Positions 1-8,531 of a stretch of 29,287 bases of DNA are shown here, piece after piece (the stretch's first letter is position 1; each line of letters starts with the position of its first letter). The notes under the pieces were generated by a model, which did not search any database, was not told the origin of the DNA, and saw only the letters and a program-made list of their open reading frames with translations. A program made the translations under genes and the position numbers. The stretch spans positions 1 to 29,287 of the forward strand of contig JAESSQ010000253.1 of the NCBI GenBank assembly GCA_016764035.1. The letters run 5' to 3'. The stretch comes from Gammaproteobacteria bacterium. GTDB taxonomy: Bacteria > Pseudomonadota > Gammaproteobacteria > SZUA-229.

Positions 1-1
1 C

Positions 2-919
2 TACCCACTCAATGACAATGGCAGCCTGACCTCAGCATATCGCATGTACCAACTGGCCTGCCTGAATGATTCACCACTGTCATCCTGTAACACACCACTT
101 ATCTATCCGTCTACGGTAGCAGCAGGTGATGCGGCGTCAGTTCGTTGGGGTAACCGGCCGGGGAAAGTTGTTTATCCTGAATTTTCAAAAGCCGTCTGCG
201 CAGATAACAGTGACTCACTTCTTGAAGTCGGGCGCCAGTTGGTGTTCGGGTTTATCGAAGGGCTAGTGAGTTACGATGATAAAGAAGACCCTGTCAATGC
301 ACAGTGTGCATACCATTCCGTCATCTATGCAGATGAATTAGTCTATGTTGATAAGGCAGGCACCGTACAACAGAAACAACGTCTTGCTGAAGCGTTGAAA
401 AATAAAGTAGTAATGTATGGACTTAGTCTCGAAGGCCTACATGACAACATCGACTCACCGGTTCACGGACTGTTGCCCGGTGTATTTTTTCACGCCATGG
501 CACTGGATAACCTGATGCATTATGGCGCCGATTACGTACATGCCAGCGATGATCGTATAGAACGCATCAATCAGTACATATGGATAGTGATGACTTTACT
601 GTTCAGTTTTATCCTGTTCTATTACGAACGCAGAGGAATCTCATTCGGCGATAGTGACGATTCAGATACGAACACTGATTCTGAAAGTCGCTTATCTGTC
701 TGGTGGCTGGCGGGTACAGCCACTTTGTCGATAGTCCTAATTTCTGCCTGGATGTTTTTAGTGCTACGCTACGAACCACTCAATTCACTAGGATTTCTAG
801 TATTGATAGGCGTATCCTCAGGGCTGGTACATAGTAACTTTGCAGAATGGCTATTAGAAAAACTGGTACTGCCATGGCGATATGCAAGAGTCTGGCGCAG
901 AAAACTCAGAAACTTATAG
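2..919 (+). CDS. CHASE2 domain membrane protein, 5'-truncated by the window edge; no cytoplasmic output domain
   Basis: The frame is open from base 2 (YPLNDNGSLTSAYR...) into the ORF-track protein. PGVFFHAMALDNLM resembles the CHASE2 C-terminal motif and is followed by three hydrophobic segments and a short basic tail. Confidence 0.75.
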   Translation, partial: YPLNDNGSLTSAYRMYQLACLNDSPLSSCNTPLIYPSTVAAGDAASVRWGNRPGKVVYPEFSKAVCADNSDSLLEVGRQLVFGFIEGLVSYDDKEDPVNAQCAYHSVIYADELVYVDKAGTVQQKQRLAEALKNKVVMYGLSLEGLHDNIDSPVHGLLPGVFFHAMALDNLMHYGADYVHASDDRIERINQYIWIVMTLLFSFILFYYERRGISFGDSDDSDTNTDSESRLSVWWLAGTATLSIVLISAWMFLVLRYEPLNSLGFLVLIGVSSGLVHSNFAEWLLEKLVLPWRYARVWRRKLRNL

Positions 920-932
920 GAGAAGGATTACC

Positions 933-1310
933 ATGTTCACAAAACGTTTACGTGTTGTATTGATTATTCTGTTAGGAAACTTACTGACTGCACAAACAGG
1001 GTTAGCAGACAGTCATCTCGGAAAAATCGTCTCGTTCGATGACGAGGAAGTAGAAGTCAAAGTCAAAGGTGAGTTTGATTACTGGCCAGCCAGCAAACTC
1101 GGAACATTGCCTATAACCATACTGGAAAAAGACAGCAGTAATTTTGTCCGCATTAAATCTTCAAACGGCGCGATTGTATGGGTGAGCCTTTCCTACGTCA
1201 CCACCGACCAACAAGCGGCTATGAAAACATCTTGTCAATCACAGCAGTTAGCACAAAATGCAAACAAAAAGCAGTATGGTGTTCGCGGGATTGGTGAGTC
1301 ATGCAATTAA
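933..1310 (+). CDS. Small secreted protein, possibly SH3-like beta fold
   Basis: ATG 933 follows GGAGAAGGA and is preferred over the track start at 882. Sec signal MFTKRLRVVLIILLGNLLTAQTGLA; beta-rich core (NFVRIKSSNGAIVWVSLSYV); two Cys near the C-terminus; overlaps the next gene by 10 bp. Confidence 0.7.
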   Translation: MFTKRLRVVLIILLGNLLTAQTGLADSHLGKIVSFDDEEVEVKVKGEFDYWPASKLGTLPITILEKDSSNFVRIKSSNGAIVWVSLSYVTTDQQAAMKTSCQSQQLAQNANKKQYGVRGIGESCN

Positions 1311-2803
1311 TCACCAGGTGTCACTTAAAAATATTTTTATTCGCATCCTGTGTCGCTGCCAGCCTGGTACTGGTCGGTTGTAAAAGTACGGGCGATGTTC
1401 TCGGCATGTTTTCCGGCGGTTCGGATTCGGGCAGCCAGTCACAAGATACACAGGGTAAATTCATCGATAGCGTTAAAAGCGACTTGAATATAAATAATGA
1501 TTCGCGTAATCCAAAGCAACAGCTAGCTCTATGGCAACAAGATATCGGCTACGTGCGATACGGCAATAAAACAATCGCAAATATTCCCCTACTACAGAAC
1601 TATGTCAACGATGTGCTGGTTCGTTTGCACGGTGGCTTACGAGGTAAACCGACACAGGTTAAAATATTTATCACACCGCAAAAAAACTTCGAAGCCTATA
1701 CGTTAGAGCACGGAGCCATCTTCGTCAGCCTCGGCACATTACTGGCGTTAAAAAACGAAGATGAACTTGCGGCCTTACTTGCACATGAATACGCTCATGT
1801 ACTGTTAAGCCATCATGCCAAAGACACGTTTGAGCTGTTAACACGATATGGCATGCGCTACGCGAATGTTTATCTGCAAGCGTCAGCGGAATCTGGTCGT
1901 GAGCAGAAAACACAAATGCGAACGTTACAAATTGCCAACTGGGTATCGGACAAGGCGCTGTTTCCCAACTGGAATAAAGGTCAGGAGAATGATGCCGATA
2001 TCCTCGCCGTCGATTTGGTCATACAGGCTGGTTACAATGCTGATGCTGTCATCGCAATGTTAAAAAAGGTTGAATTAACCGTACTGGAAAAGAAAGAATT
2101 TATTGAACAAAACCCAGTTAAGGTGAGTAAAAAAGCAAAAGAAAACAGTAAACTCAATGTCGACCTCGACGTATTGGCGGCCAATGCAGTCGGCAATCTG
2201 GAGCAGCAATTAGATCGCGATTACGAGTCGGCCAAAGTCAGACAGAAACAAGTAAGGAGCTACATTAAACGAGAATATAAAAAACGCGCCCGCCCCAGCT
2301 ACCTTACTCGTTCGTATCAAGCGAAATTTACCCAGCGGGAAACAAGCGCCAGAGTCAAGCAATATACAAGTGCACATAAAGCCGAACAGACACTATTGGA
2401 CAAACAAGACTTAAACCAGGCCGCACGACTCGGTGCACGTTCAATCGGTGGCAGCATCGGCGAAGACCCCTATACCCGCATGCTAATGTATAACATCAGA
2501 AATGCTCAAGCATATACCGACAAGGCGCAGATTAATCTGAACAAAGCGTATGCTACAAACGGCGCACCGATGTATACCTATGAACTACTGGTAAAACAAC
2601 ACATGGAGAAAAAACAATTCGATCAGGCGAGGATACTTCTGGAAGAAATGGATGCAGTGTTCATCAAACCTGATGAGATTCTGCCGAACCTGATTACTGC
2701 ACGCAAACGCTCTGGAAAATCAACGTTCTCATATCTCATGCGGTGCCTGACGTCGGGTGATATGGAATTAATCAAGCAGTGTAATCAAGCATCAGGTAAA
2801 TAA
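1301..2803 (+). CDS. M48-family zinc metallopeptidase lipoprotein
   Basis: Lipobox LVLVG-C; NEDELAALLAHEYAH (HExxH); ENDAD third-ligand motif followed by QAGYN; helical C-terminal region. Confidence 0.88.
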   Translation: MQLITRCHLKIFLFASCVAASLVLVGCKSTGDVLGMFSGGSDSGSQSQDTQGKFIDSVKSDLNINNDSRNPKQQLALWQQDIGYVRYGNKTIANIPLLQNYVNDVLVRLHGGLRGKPTQVKIFITPQKNFEAYTLEHGAIFVSLGTLLALKNEDELAALLAHEYAHVLLSHHAKDTFELLTRYGMRYANVYLQASAESGREQKTQMRTLQIANWVSDKALFPNWNKGQENDADILAVDLVIQAGYNADAVIAMLKKVELTVLEKKEFIEQNPVKVSKKAKENSKLNVDLDVLAANAVGNLEQQLDRDYESAKVRQKQVRSYIKREYKKRARPSYLTRSYQAKFTQRETSARVKQYTSAHKAEQTLLDKQDLNQAARLGARSIGGSIGEDPYTRMLMYNIRNAQAYTDKAQINLNKAYATNGAPMYTYELLVKQHMEKKQFDQARILLEEMDAVFIKPDEILPNLITARKRSGKSTFSYLMRCLTSGDMELIKQCNQASGK

Positions 2804-2995
2804 TCACGGTATCGGTATATAAAAAATTTAAGTAATCATTATTGTCTGGAGCCAAAGACATTTCTAGCATTATTAAATAAATGGTGAGCGTCTTTCACGT
2901 GCATCCTTTTCTTCATTAAAACGAGTGTTTGTTTTTTGCATGCTCAAGCCTCTGTTAATTACTACAGAATTTTCTTCATTCCTACAAATGCACCG

Positions 2996-4234
2996 CTACG
3001 CATCAAACGGTAAATATTTAATGCTATCGTTTTTGGCAATACGTTGATTGACTGGTACTTCAACCAAACCATCTGCCCAGCTTGCTGAACTTAATACGCC
3101 TGAACCTTGATGCGGATAAAGTTCGGCTATGGTTTGATCGTTTTTTTGTACTAATTTCACCCTCAGATATTCTTGCCGTTTTACTTCTGGCCAATCAAAA
3201 CCTGCAACCACTGAAAAACGTTGTAAGGTAAAATCTTTAGCGCCTTGCATCTTAAAGATTAACGCCCGAACAAAAATGATGAAAGTAACAAAGACCGACA
3301 CCGGGTTTCCCGGCAAACCCATGAATAATGTTTTGTCAATCTTGCCAAATGCCACTGGCTTTCCCGGTTTCATGGCTATACGCCACATGGTTAACTCACC
3401 CAGTTTTTCCAGAGCTATGCGCACGTAGTCTTCCTCACCAACAGATACACCGCCACTGGTAATAACAAGGTCTGCGTTTGCAGCCGCTTTTTTCAATATG
3501 TCTGTTGTTGCCTTCAAGGTATCAGGCACAATACCTAAATCAATAATTTCGCAATGCATCGATTGCAACAAGCCTTGCAAGGTATAACGGTTAGAATTAT
3601 AAATTTGTCCCGCAGCTAATGTCTGACCGGGAGTGATGATTTCGTCACCGGTAAAAAATATAGCGACTTTTAATTTTCTTTTAACCGCAATTTTCGCCAG
3701 ACCAATCGAGGCCAATAAACCAAGCTCTTGTGGACGTATGCGCTTACCTTTACTTAATACAGTATGCCCTGTTGCTATGTCTTCGCCAGCACGTCTTACA
3801 TTATCGCCCGTTTTTACGACTGTATTAACGGTTACTGAATCGGCACTAACTTTACACAGCTCCTGCATGACGATGGCGTCAGCACCTTCGGGTATGGGCG
3901 CGCCTGTAAAAATTTGCGCCACAGTACCTGGCTCAAGTTTAGTACCAACGTGTCCTGCGGCTATGCGTTGTGACACAGGTAATTGACAGCCTTCACGTTG
4001 ACAGTCTGTGCTGTTTACCGCATAACCATCCATTGCACTGTTATCGTAACCAGGCACATCGATTGTCGAACGTATATCTTCAGCAAGCACAGTATTTAAT
4101 GCGTGAAGAATATCAATCGTTTCTGTTTCTTCGACAGGGGTAGCTTCATCGAGAATAGTCTTAATCGCCTGTTTAACCGATATCAAACCGGTCGAAGCAC
4201 AATTATCGTTATGGGTTTTATTTTTCGTCTTCAT
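2996..4234 (-). CDS. moeA: Molybdopterin molybdenumtransferase MoeA
   Basis: Motifs PGYDNSAMDGYA, IFTGAPIPEGADAIVMQE, TGDE, SGGVSVGE, MKPGKP, GLPGNPVS and QGSGVLSS; 412 aa. Confidence 0.97.
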   Translation of the reverse strand: MKTKNKTHNDNCASTGLISVKQAIKTILDEATPVEETETIDILHALNTVLAEDIRSTIDVPGYDNSAMDGYAVNSTDCQREGCQLPVSQRIAAGHVGTKLEPGTVAQIFTGAPIPEGADAIVMQELCKVSADSVTVNTVVKTGDNVRRAGEDIATGHTVLSKGKRIRPQELGLLASIGLAKIAVKRKLKVAIFFTGDEIITPGQTLAAGQIYNSNRYTLQGLLQSMHCEIIDLGIVPDTLKATTDILKKAAANADLVITSGGVSVGEEDYVRIALEKLGELTMWRIAMKPGKPVAFGKIDKTLFMGLPGNPVSVFVTFIIFVRALIFKMQGAKDFTLQRFSVVAGFDWPEVKRQEYLRVKLVQKNDQTIAELYPHQGSGVLSSASWADGLVEVPVNQRIAKNDSIKYLPFDA

Positions 4235-4268
4235 TTATTGCTATTCATAATTTAGGTTTTTTATAAAA

Positions 4269-6281
4269 TCATTCTAATGTAGAGGCGTTTATCATAGGTA
4301 ATAGTAATATAACGTCAACACCTTGTTTACACTCCAAATGATTTGTAGCCACTGTTTGCCAATTTTTTATTTGTAAAACCGCCTGATGAAATTGGGCTAT
4401 CCGGTTTGCAACAAATAAGCCTATGCCTAAATGCGGCACATTTTCATCACTTGTTGTATTAACTGAACGACTAGACACCATGCCTGTAAATTGATTAGCA
4501 AGTTGTTGCTGTGACAGTATCTCACCTTCGTTCTTTACACTAAGCCTCACCTTATCACCCTGAAAAATATCAAGCTGAAATAGAATCGTTGTTCCTGATA
4601 ACGAAAAGTCCAGTGCATTATCTTTAACCTTATCTAAAAGCTGCACGATACGTATATCGTTACCCTGAATATAAACATGCTTTTCTACACCCTGATAACG
4701 AAGTTTTGCATGCCTATGTTTAGCTTGTGAATTTCTCACGTACTCAATTAAAAGAGCTGCTATATCAATTGTTTCTACATCATCATGTTTTAACGCCTGA
4801 TCAATATTGGCAGCTTCCGTCAGGCTTGAAACTATCATCTGTAATTGCTTGATTGCACTATTAGCAACGGCAATATCTGACAGTGTATGTTCAGGCGATA
4901 CAGTTTGTATTTTTTGCAAAGACATACTTAAGGTATTTACCGGATTAAGTATTTCATGACGCAACATGCTCGGTACAGTTTCTAAAAACTGTGTATAACG
5001 ATGAAGACTATCTAACAGCACCGTAAAACTACGTGACAAATCACCAATTGCATCGCCGTGTCTTACATCAGATAATTCAACACTAGTGATAATACGGCCG
5101 CTATCGTCTAAGAGTGATGCGGTTTGTTTTGTTAAGCGATTAATTCGAAAAGTTAGCCACGAACTAAAAATTAGCAAACTTAAAAATACCAGAAAAAATA
5201 AGCCGATGGTTGCAAACACGACATCGCGTAAAGTTTCACGTTGCAAAGAAAGTATCTGTTGACTATCTTTGCTCACCAACACAGCACCAATTATTTCCTC
5301 GCCATCAAACACAGGGTAAGCGGCGACGATAATTATTTCACCTTGCTGTTCAATACGTGTCACCTGCTTATTACCCTGTAATACTTCACTGACAAGTGAC
5401 TCACTAACTTTATCAATCGCCTGGCAAAGTGATGTAGACATCAAGTTACCGCCAATGACAGAACGCACACGGCGAAATATATCTATAACGCAGATACGTG
5501 ATTCTAATTCGCTTAAATTTTGTATAACGTTATTTATTTCCTGCGATTGATACAATATCGGGTTCAATGATTCAACATCATGATTTCGTGTGGCATGAAC
5601 AGTATCAGGCTTGCGTTGGTTTTCGTTGAAAACATTAACCACACTAAGTGACAAGCGACGATTAGGTTCCAACCATTTAACGGGTAGACGTAATTCAAGA
5701 TCATAGCCATCGCTCGTTTCACGCCAATTACCAAACACCGCATTAAGGTGATTGCCACGTTTCCAGAGCCGCCAGTTACTATCTACTTCATAGACACTTA
5801 TATTTCCCTGGCCTTCTGTTAATAAAACCAAACGATGTCGTTTATTATTTTCATCAAGGTATTCGAGGCGAACGTGATCGCTGGAATCCAATGCAATATA
5901 ACGCGGATTACGATAAACGATATTGTCATCTTTTACTCGTAGGTAAGCGTATAAATATTGTGCATCGTTGGTCAGCAATAACGAAAACACATTCGCTGCC
6001 TGAAAACTAAACTGGTCTTTAAGTTGCGTCCAGTCTTCGTCATAGCCATCGATGGTTATCACCTGATGCGCCGGATAAACATAGAGTGCATGTTCATCTG
6101 CATCAAACAGACGAGTATAGCCTCGAAGAACCGTCGATATTGCCGACGCCGTCATCGACTGGGCTTCTTCCTGACCCTGTAAAAGAGATTGCTCAATTTT
6201 GGTTATAAAATGAAAACCAAACCAGGGTAATAGCACTAAAAATATTGAGCTAAATATAAGTAAGCGTGTTCCTAGCTTCAT
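4269..6281 (-). CDS. pdsS: Proteobacterial dedicated sortase system sensor histidine kinase
   Basis: N-terminal TM, large periplasmic region, second TM, HAMP-like linker, H-box LRHEILNP, N-box DNALDFS, G-box HLGIGL. ATGA overlap with pdsR; position in the Pds cluster. Confidence 0.85.
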   Translation of the reverse strand: MKLGTRLLIFSSIFLVLLPWFGFHFITKIEQSLLQGQEEAQSMTASAISTVLRGYTRLFDADEHALYVYPAHQVITIDGYDEDWTQLKDQFSFQAANVFSLLLTNDAQYLYAYLRVKDDNIVYRNPRYIALDSSDHVRLEYLDENNKRHRLVLLTEGQGNISVYEVDSNWRLWKRGNHLNAVFGNWRETSDGYDLELRLPVKWLEPNRRLSLSVVNVFNENQRKPDTVHATRNHDVESLNPILYQSQEINNVIQNLSELESRICVIDIFRRVRSVIGGNLMSTSLCQAIDKVSESLVSEVLQGNKQVTRIEQQGEIIIVAAYPVFDGEEIIGAVLVSKDSQQILSLQRETLRDVVFATIGLFFLVFLSLLIFSSWLTFRINRLTKQTASLLDDSGRIITSVELSDVRHGDAIGDLSRSFTVLLDSLHRYTQFLETVPSMLRHEILNPVNTLSMSLQKIQTVSPEHTLSDIAVANSAIKQLQMIVSSLTEAANIDQALKHDDVETIDIAALLIEYVRNSQAKHRHAKLRYQGVEKHVYIQGNDIRIVQLLDKVKDNALDFSLSGTTILFQLDIFQGDKVRLSVKNEGEILSQQQLANQFTGMVSSRSVNTTSDENVPHLGIGLFVANRIAQFHQAVLQIKNWQTVATNHLECKQGVDVILLLPMINASTLE
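4291..4318 (-). promoter_or_regulatory. Candidate sigma-70 promoter for moeA, embedded in the last codons of pdsS
   Basis: Minus strand TTGACG (4318-4313), 16-nt spacer, TATGAT (4296-4291); both hexamers match consensus at 5/6; about 57 nt upstream of the moeA ATG. Confidence 0.5.
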
Positions 6282-7009
6282 TCACACAACCACTGATAAC
6301 CAAAACCGTAACGTGTCTTTATGCATTTAAAATTGCTATCGATATTTTTAAATTTCTTCCTGATATGCAGTATGTGAGTATTAACCGTATTATTTTCTAC
6401 AACCCCCTGACAAGTCGATTTTATAAGCGCATCGATGCTGACCGGTTCATCCGTTTTTACCATGGCGATTAATAATGAAAACTCGGTCGGTGTTAAATTT
6501 ATTTCTTTTTCCTGCCAATAACATTGCATCGATTTTTCACTAAGTCTAAGTTTACCTAGATTGATATGCGCACTTTTTTGTTTAACGTTATTTATATGTT
6601 TCTTGTTTTCATTTTGCTTGTTTCGTTGATGTTGTATGCGAAAAAATGAAGCCACTCTTACAATTAAAAATTCCAGCGAAACCGGTTTTGTCTGATAGTC
6701 CCAGGCACCTAATTGCAAGCCATATATCTTATCCAGTTCATCGCCACGGCTGGTGAGAAATATTATGGGTAAATTTGCATCGCGTTCATTGAGATAACGA
6801 CATATCTCGTAACCACCACCAACATCAGCATTAAGTGCAATATCTAAAATAGCCAAATCAGGTAGGCCAAGTTCAAAGGCTTCGATTGCACTTTCGCGTG
6901 ATGCGTATTCGGCCACATGGTAATCATGTGCGCGCAGCGCATCCGCATAGAGGCGACGCTGCTGTAAGTCATCTTCAACAATAGCAATACTTTGTGTCAC
7001 GCTTAACAA
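6278..7009 (-). CDS. pdsR: Pds system OmpR-family response regulator (start may be GTG at 7000)
   Basis: Receiver motifs IVEDD, AILDI, FLTS and TKP; winged-helix C-terminus (LTPTEF, NTHILHIRKK, TRYGFGY); coupled to pdsS and divergent from pdsO. Confidence 0.88.
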   Translation of the reverse strand: MLSVTQSIAIVEDDLQQRRLYADALRAHDYHVAEYASRESAIEAFELGLPDLAILDIALNADVGGGYEICRYLNERDANLPIIFLTSRGDELDKIYGLQLGAWDYQTKPVSLEFLIVRVASFFRIQHQRNKQNENKKHINNVKQKSAHINLGKLRLSEKSMQCYWQEKEINLTPTEFSLLIAMVKTDEPVSIDALIKSTCQGVVENNTVNTHILHIRKKFKNIDSNFKCIKTRYGFGYQWLCE

Positions 7010-7076
7010 TTCCGTGGGTGTTATTTACTGCGTAATATAAACGATAACTCACCGTTGTTTCTTGTAAAAAGACCAT

Positions 7077-7104
7077 CTCCATATTTTCTCCATGATTCCT
7101 CCAC
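7077..7104. promoter_or_regulatory. Three direct repeats CTCCAT/CTCCAT/CTCCAC at 11-bp period; candidate PdsR binding array
   Basis: Hexamers start at 7077, 7088 and 7099 in the pdsR/pdsO divergent intergenic region. Confidence 0.55.
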
Positions 7105-7198
7105 CTGCTAGCAATGATTGAAATCAGTGTCGATGTTGTAATGCCTGCGCAGTAACGCATAACAGACATATTGATTCATTACACATTTGGAGATAACG

Positions 7199-8143
7199 AT
7201 GAAAAAATCATTAATAAATTTTGCCACATCAATGGCGATTTCAAGCACAATATTTACCGGTTCTGTACTATTCAGCACGGCACATGCAGATTCGCCGCCA
7301 CTGATAAATCATAGTGCTAGCAGTAATAATAACAGCAACGACAAAACAACTGAAAACTATATGTTACCGGGTATGGGTGTCGGTGCAGCCACTGGCGTGG
7401 TTATTGCTGGCCCTGTCGGTTTAGTGGTAGGCAGCCTAATTGGTGCATTTGTTGGTGCTGGTCAAGATGTAAAAAGTGATAATGCAACAACGCTAACTAG
7501 CAAAAATTCAAGCGTCACATTAGCAAATGACAGGAAACAAACAAAAGACATAATTACTAGCCGCACAGCAACATCACAAACACATCTTGCTCAACTGGGA
7601 AGTACTCATTCCGCCAAGATAAATAAACCAGCGAATCATAACCTGGTTGAAATTCTTACCACTGAATTAAGTCTCGACATTTACTTCCGATCAGGTGGCA
7701 CAAATATCGAAACGTTTTACACGTCACGCCTGACAACGGTTGCCGACATGGTAAAGAGTATGGATAACGTTGATATCCACCTCGAAGGTTATACCGATAG
7801 ACGCGGCAATAAAAAACAGAATATTGCTCTCGCTAATCGACGCGTCGAAAACGTACGTCAACAACTCATCAATGCCGGCATTTTAGAAAATCGCATTAAC
7901 AGCAAAGTCTATGGCGAAAAGAAAATGGTATCACGCGTCGGTGACCTTGAAGCTTATGCGTTTGACCGTAAAGTCGTTATCAGCTTTAAAAAGTCTTTAC
8001 CCAACCATGATACTACAGCGGTTGTCGCAGCCAACACTAAACCCACATCATCGAACACAGCATCATCGGTAGACGAAAAAAACACAAGCAATGCCATCGT
8101 CGCTGATATGACCGCGCATTTTTTATGCCTTCTTCAACGGTAA
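7199..8143 (+). CDS. pdsO: Sortase-associated OmpA-like protein PdsO
   Basis: ATG 7199 follows GGAG. Signal peptide; glycine zipper GMGVGAATGVVIAGPVGLVVGSLIGAFVG; OmpA C-terminal motifs IHLEGYTDRRG, NIALANRRVENV and DRKV. Confidence 0.88.
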   Translation: MKKSLINFATSMAISSTIFTGSVLFSTAHADSPPLINHSASSNNNSNDKTTENYMLPGMGVGAATGVVIAGPVGLVVGSLIGAFVGAGQDVKSDNATTLTSKNSSVTLANDRKQTKDIITSRTATSQTHLAQLGSTHSAKINKPANHNLVEILTTELSLDIYFRSGGTNIETFYTSRLTTVADMVKSMDNVDIHLEGYTDRRGNKKQNIALANRRVENVRQQLINAGILENRINSKVYGEKKMVSRVGDLEAYAFDRKVVISFKKSLPNHDTTAVVAANTKPTSSNTASSVDEKNTSNAIVADMTAHFLCLLQR

Positions 8144-8214
8144 CAGGCGCAACCACACTAAGTGGCGTGAATATGATATCGATGAATATTTTCAGTAAAA
8201 CATCAGGATTTAAG

Positions 8215-8481
8215 ATGACTAAACACGCACTGGAAAGATCACAACAATGTTGTATTTCGCCACTTATTATTCACTGGTTATGCCAATACGGTACACGCAG
8301 AAGAAAGGATAACGGCACCATGATTTGTTACTTCGATAAAAAAAGTTTGCGTCTGGTCTCCTCTGACGTTGGCCAGGTCGTAATAAGACGACTGTCCGGG
8401 CTACTGAACGCCTATCTGGTAATTACCAAAGATCAAATCATTACGGTTGGTCATCGTTATAAACGAATAAAAAACTTCTAA
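8215..8481 (+). CDS. Small basic DUF4258-like hypothetical protein
   Basis: ATG 8215 follows AGGA (in-frame ATGs also at 8173 and 8182). MTKHALERSQQ..I start and IITVGHRYKR end resemble DUF4258-type proteins, recognised from memory. Confidence 0.6.
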   Translation: MTKHALERSQQCCISPLIIHWLCQYGTRRRKDNGTMICYFDKKSLRLVSSDVGQVVIRRLSGLLNAYLVITKDQIITVGHRYKRIKNF

Positions 8482-8491
8482 CACTCATGCA

Positions 8492-8517
8492 TCGGTGGCA
8501 CATCTATGTGCCACCGA
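8492..8517. repeat. Perfect 12-bp-arm inverted repeat TCGGTGGCACAT-CT-ATGTGCCACCGA
   Basis: Read directly from the sequence. It ends 2 nt before the GGAG (8520-8523) of the sortase-target gene; no U-tract on either side. Confidence 0.85.
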
Positions 8518-8531
8518 ATGGAGTCATCAAC

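Noticed and set aside
8496-8511. TGGCAC...GC inside the palindrome as a sigma-54 promoter
   Set aside because: GG-to-GC spacing is 11 rather than 10 nt and TTGC is absent.
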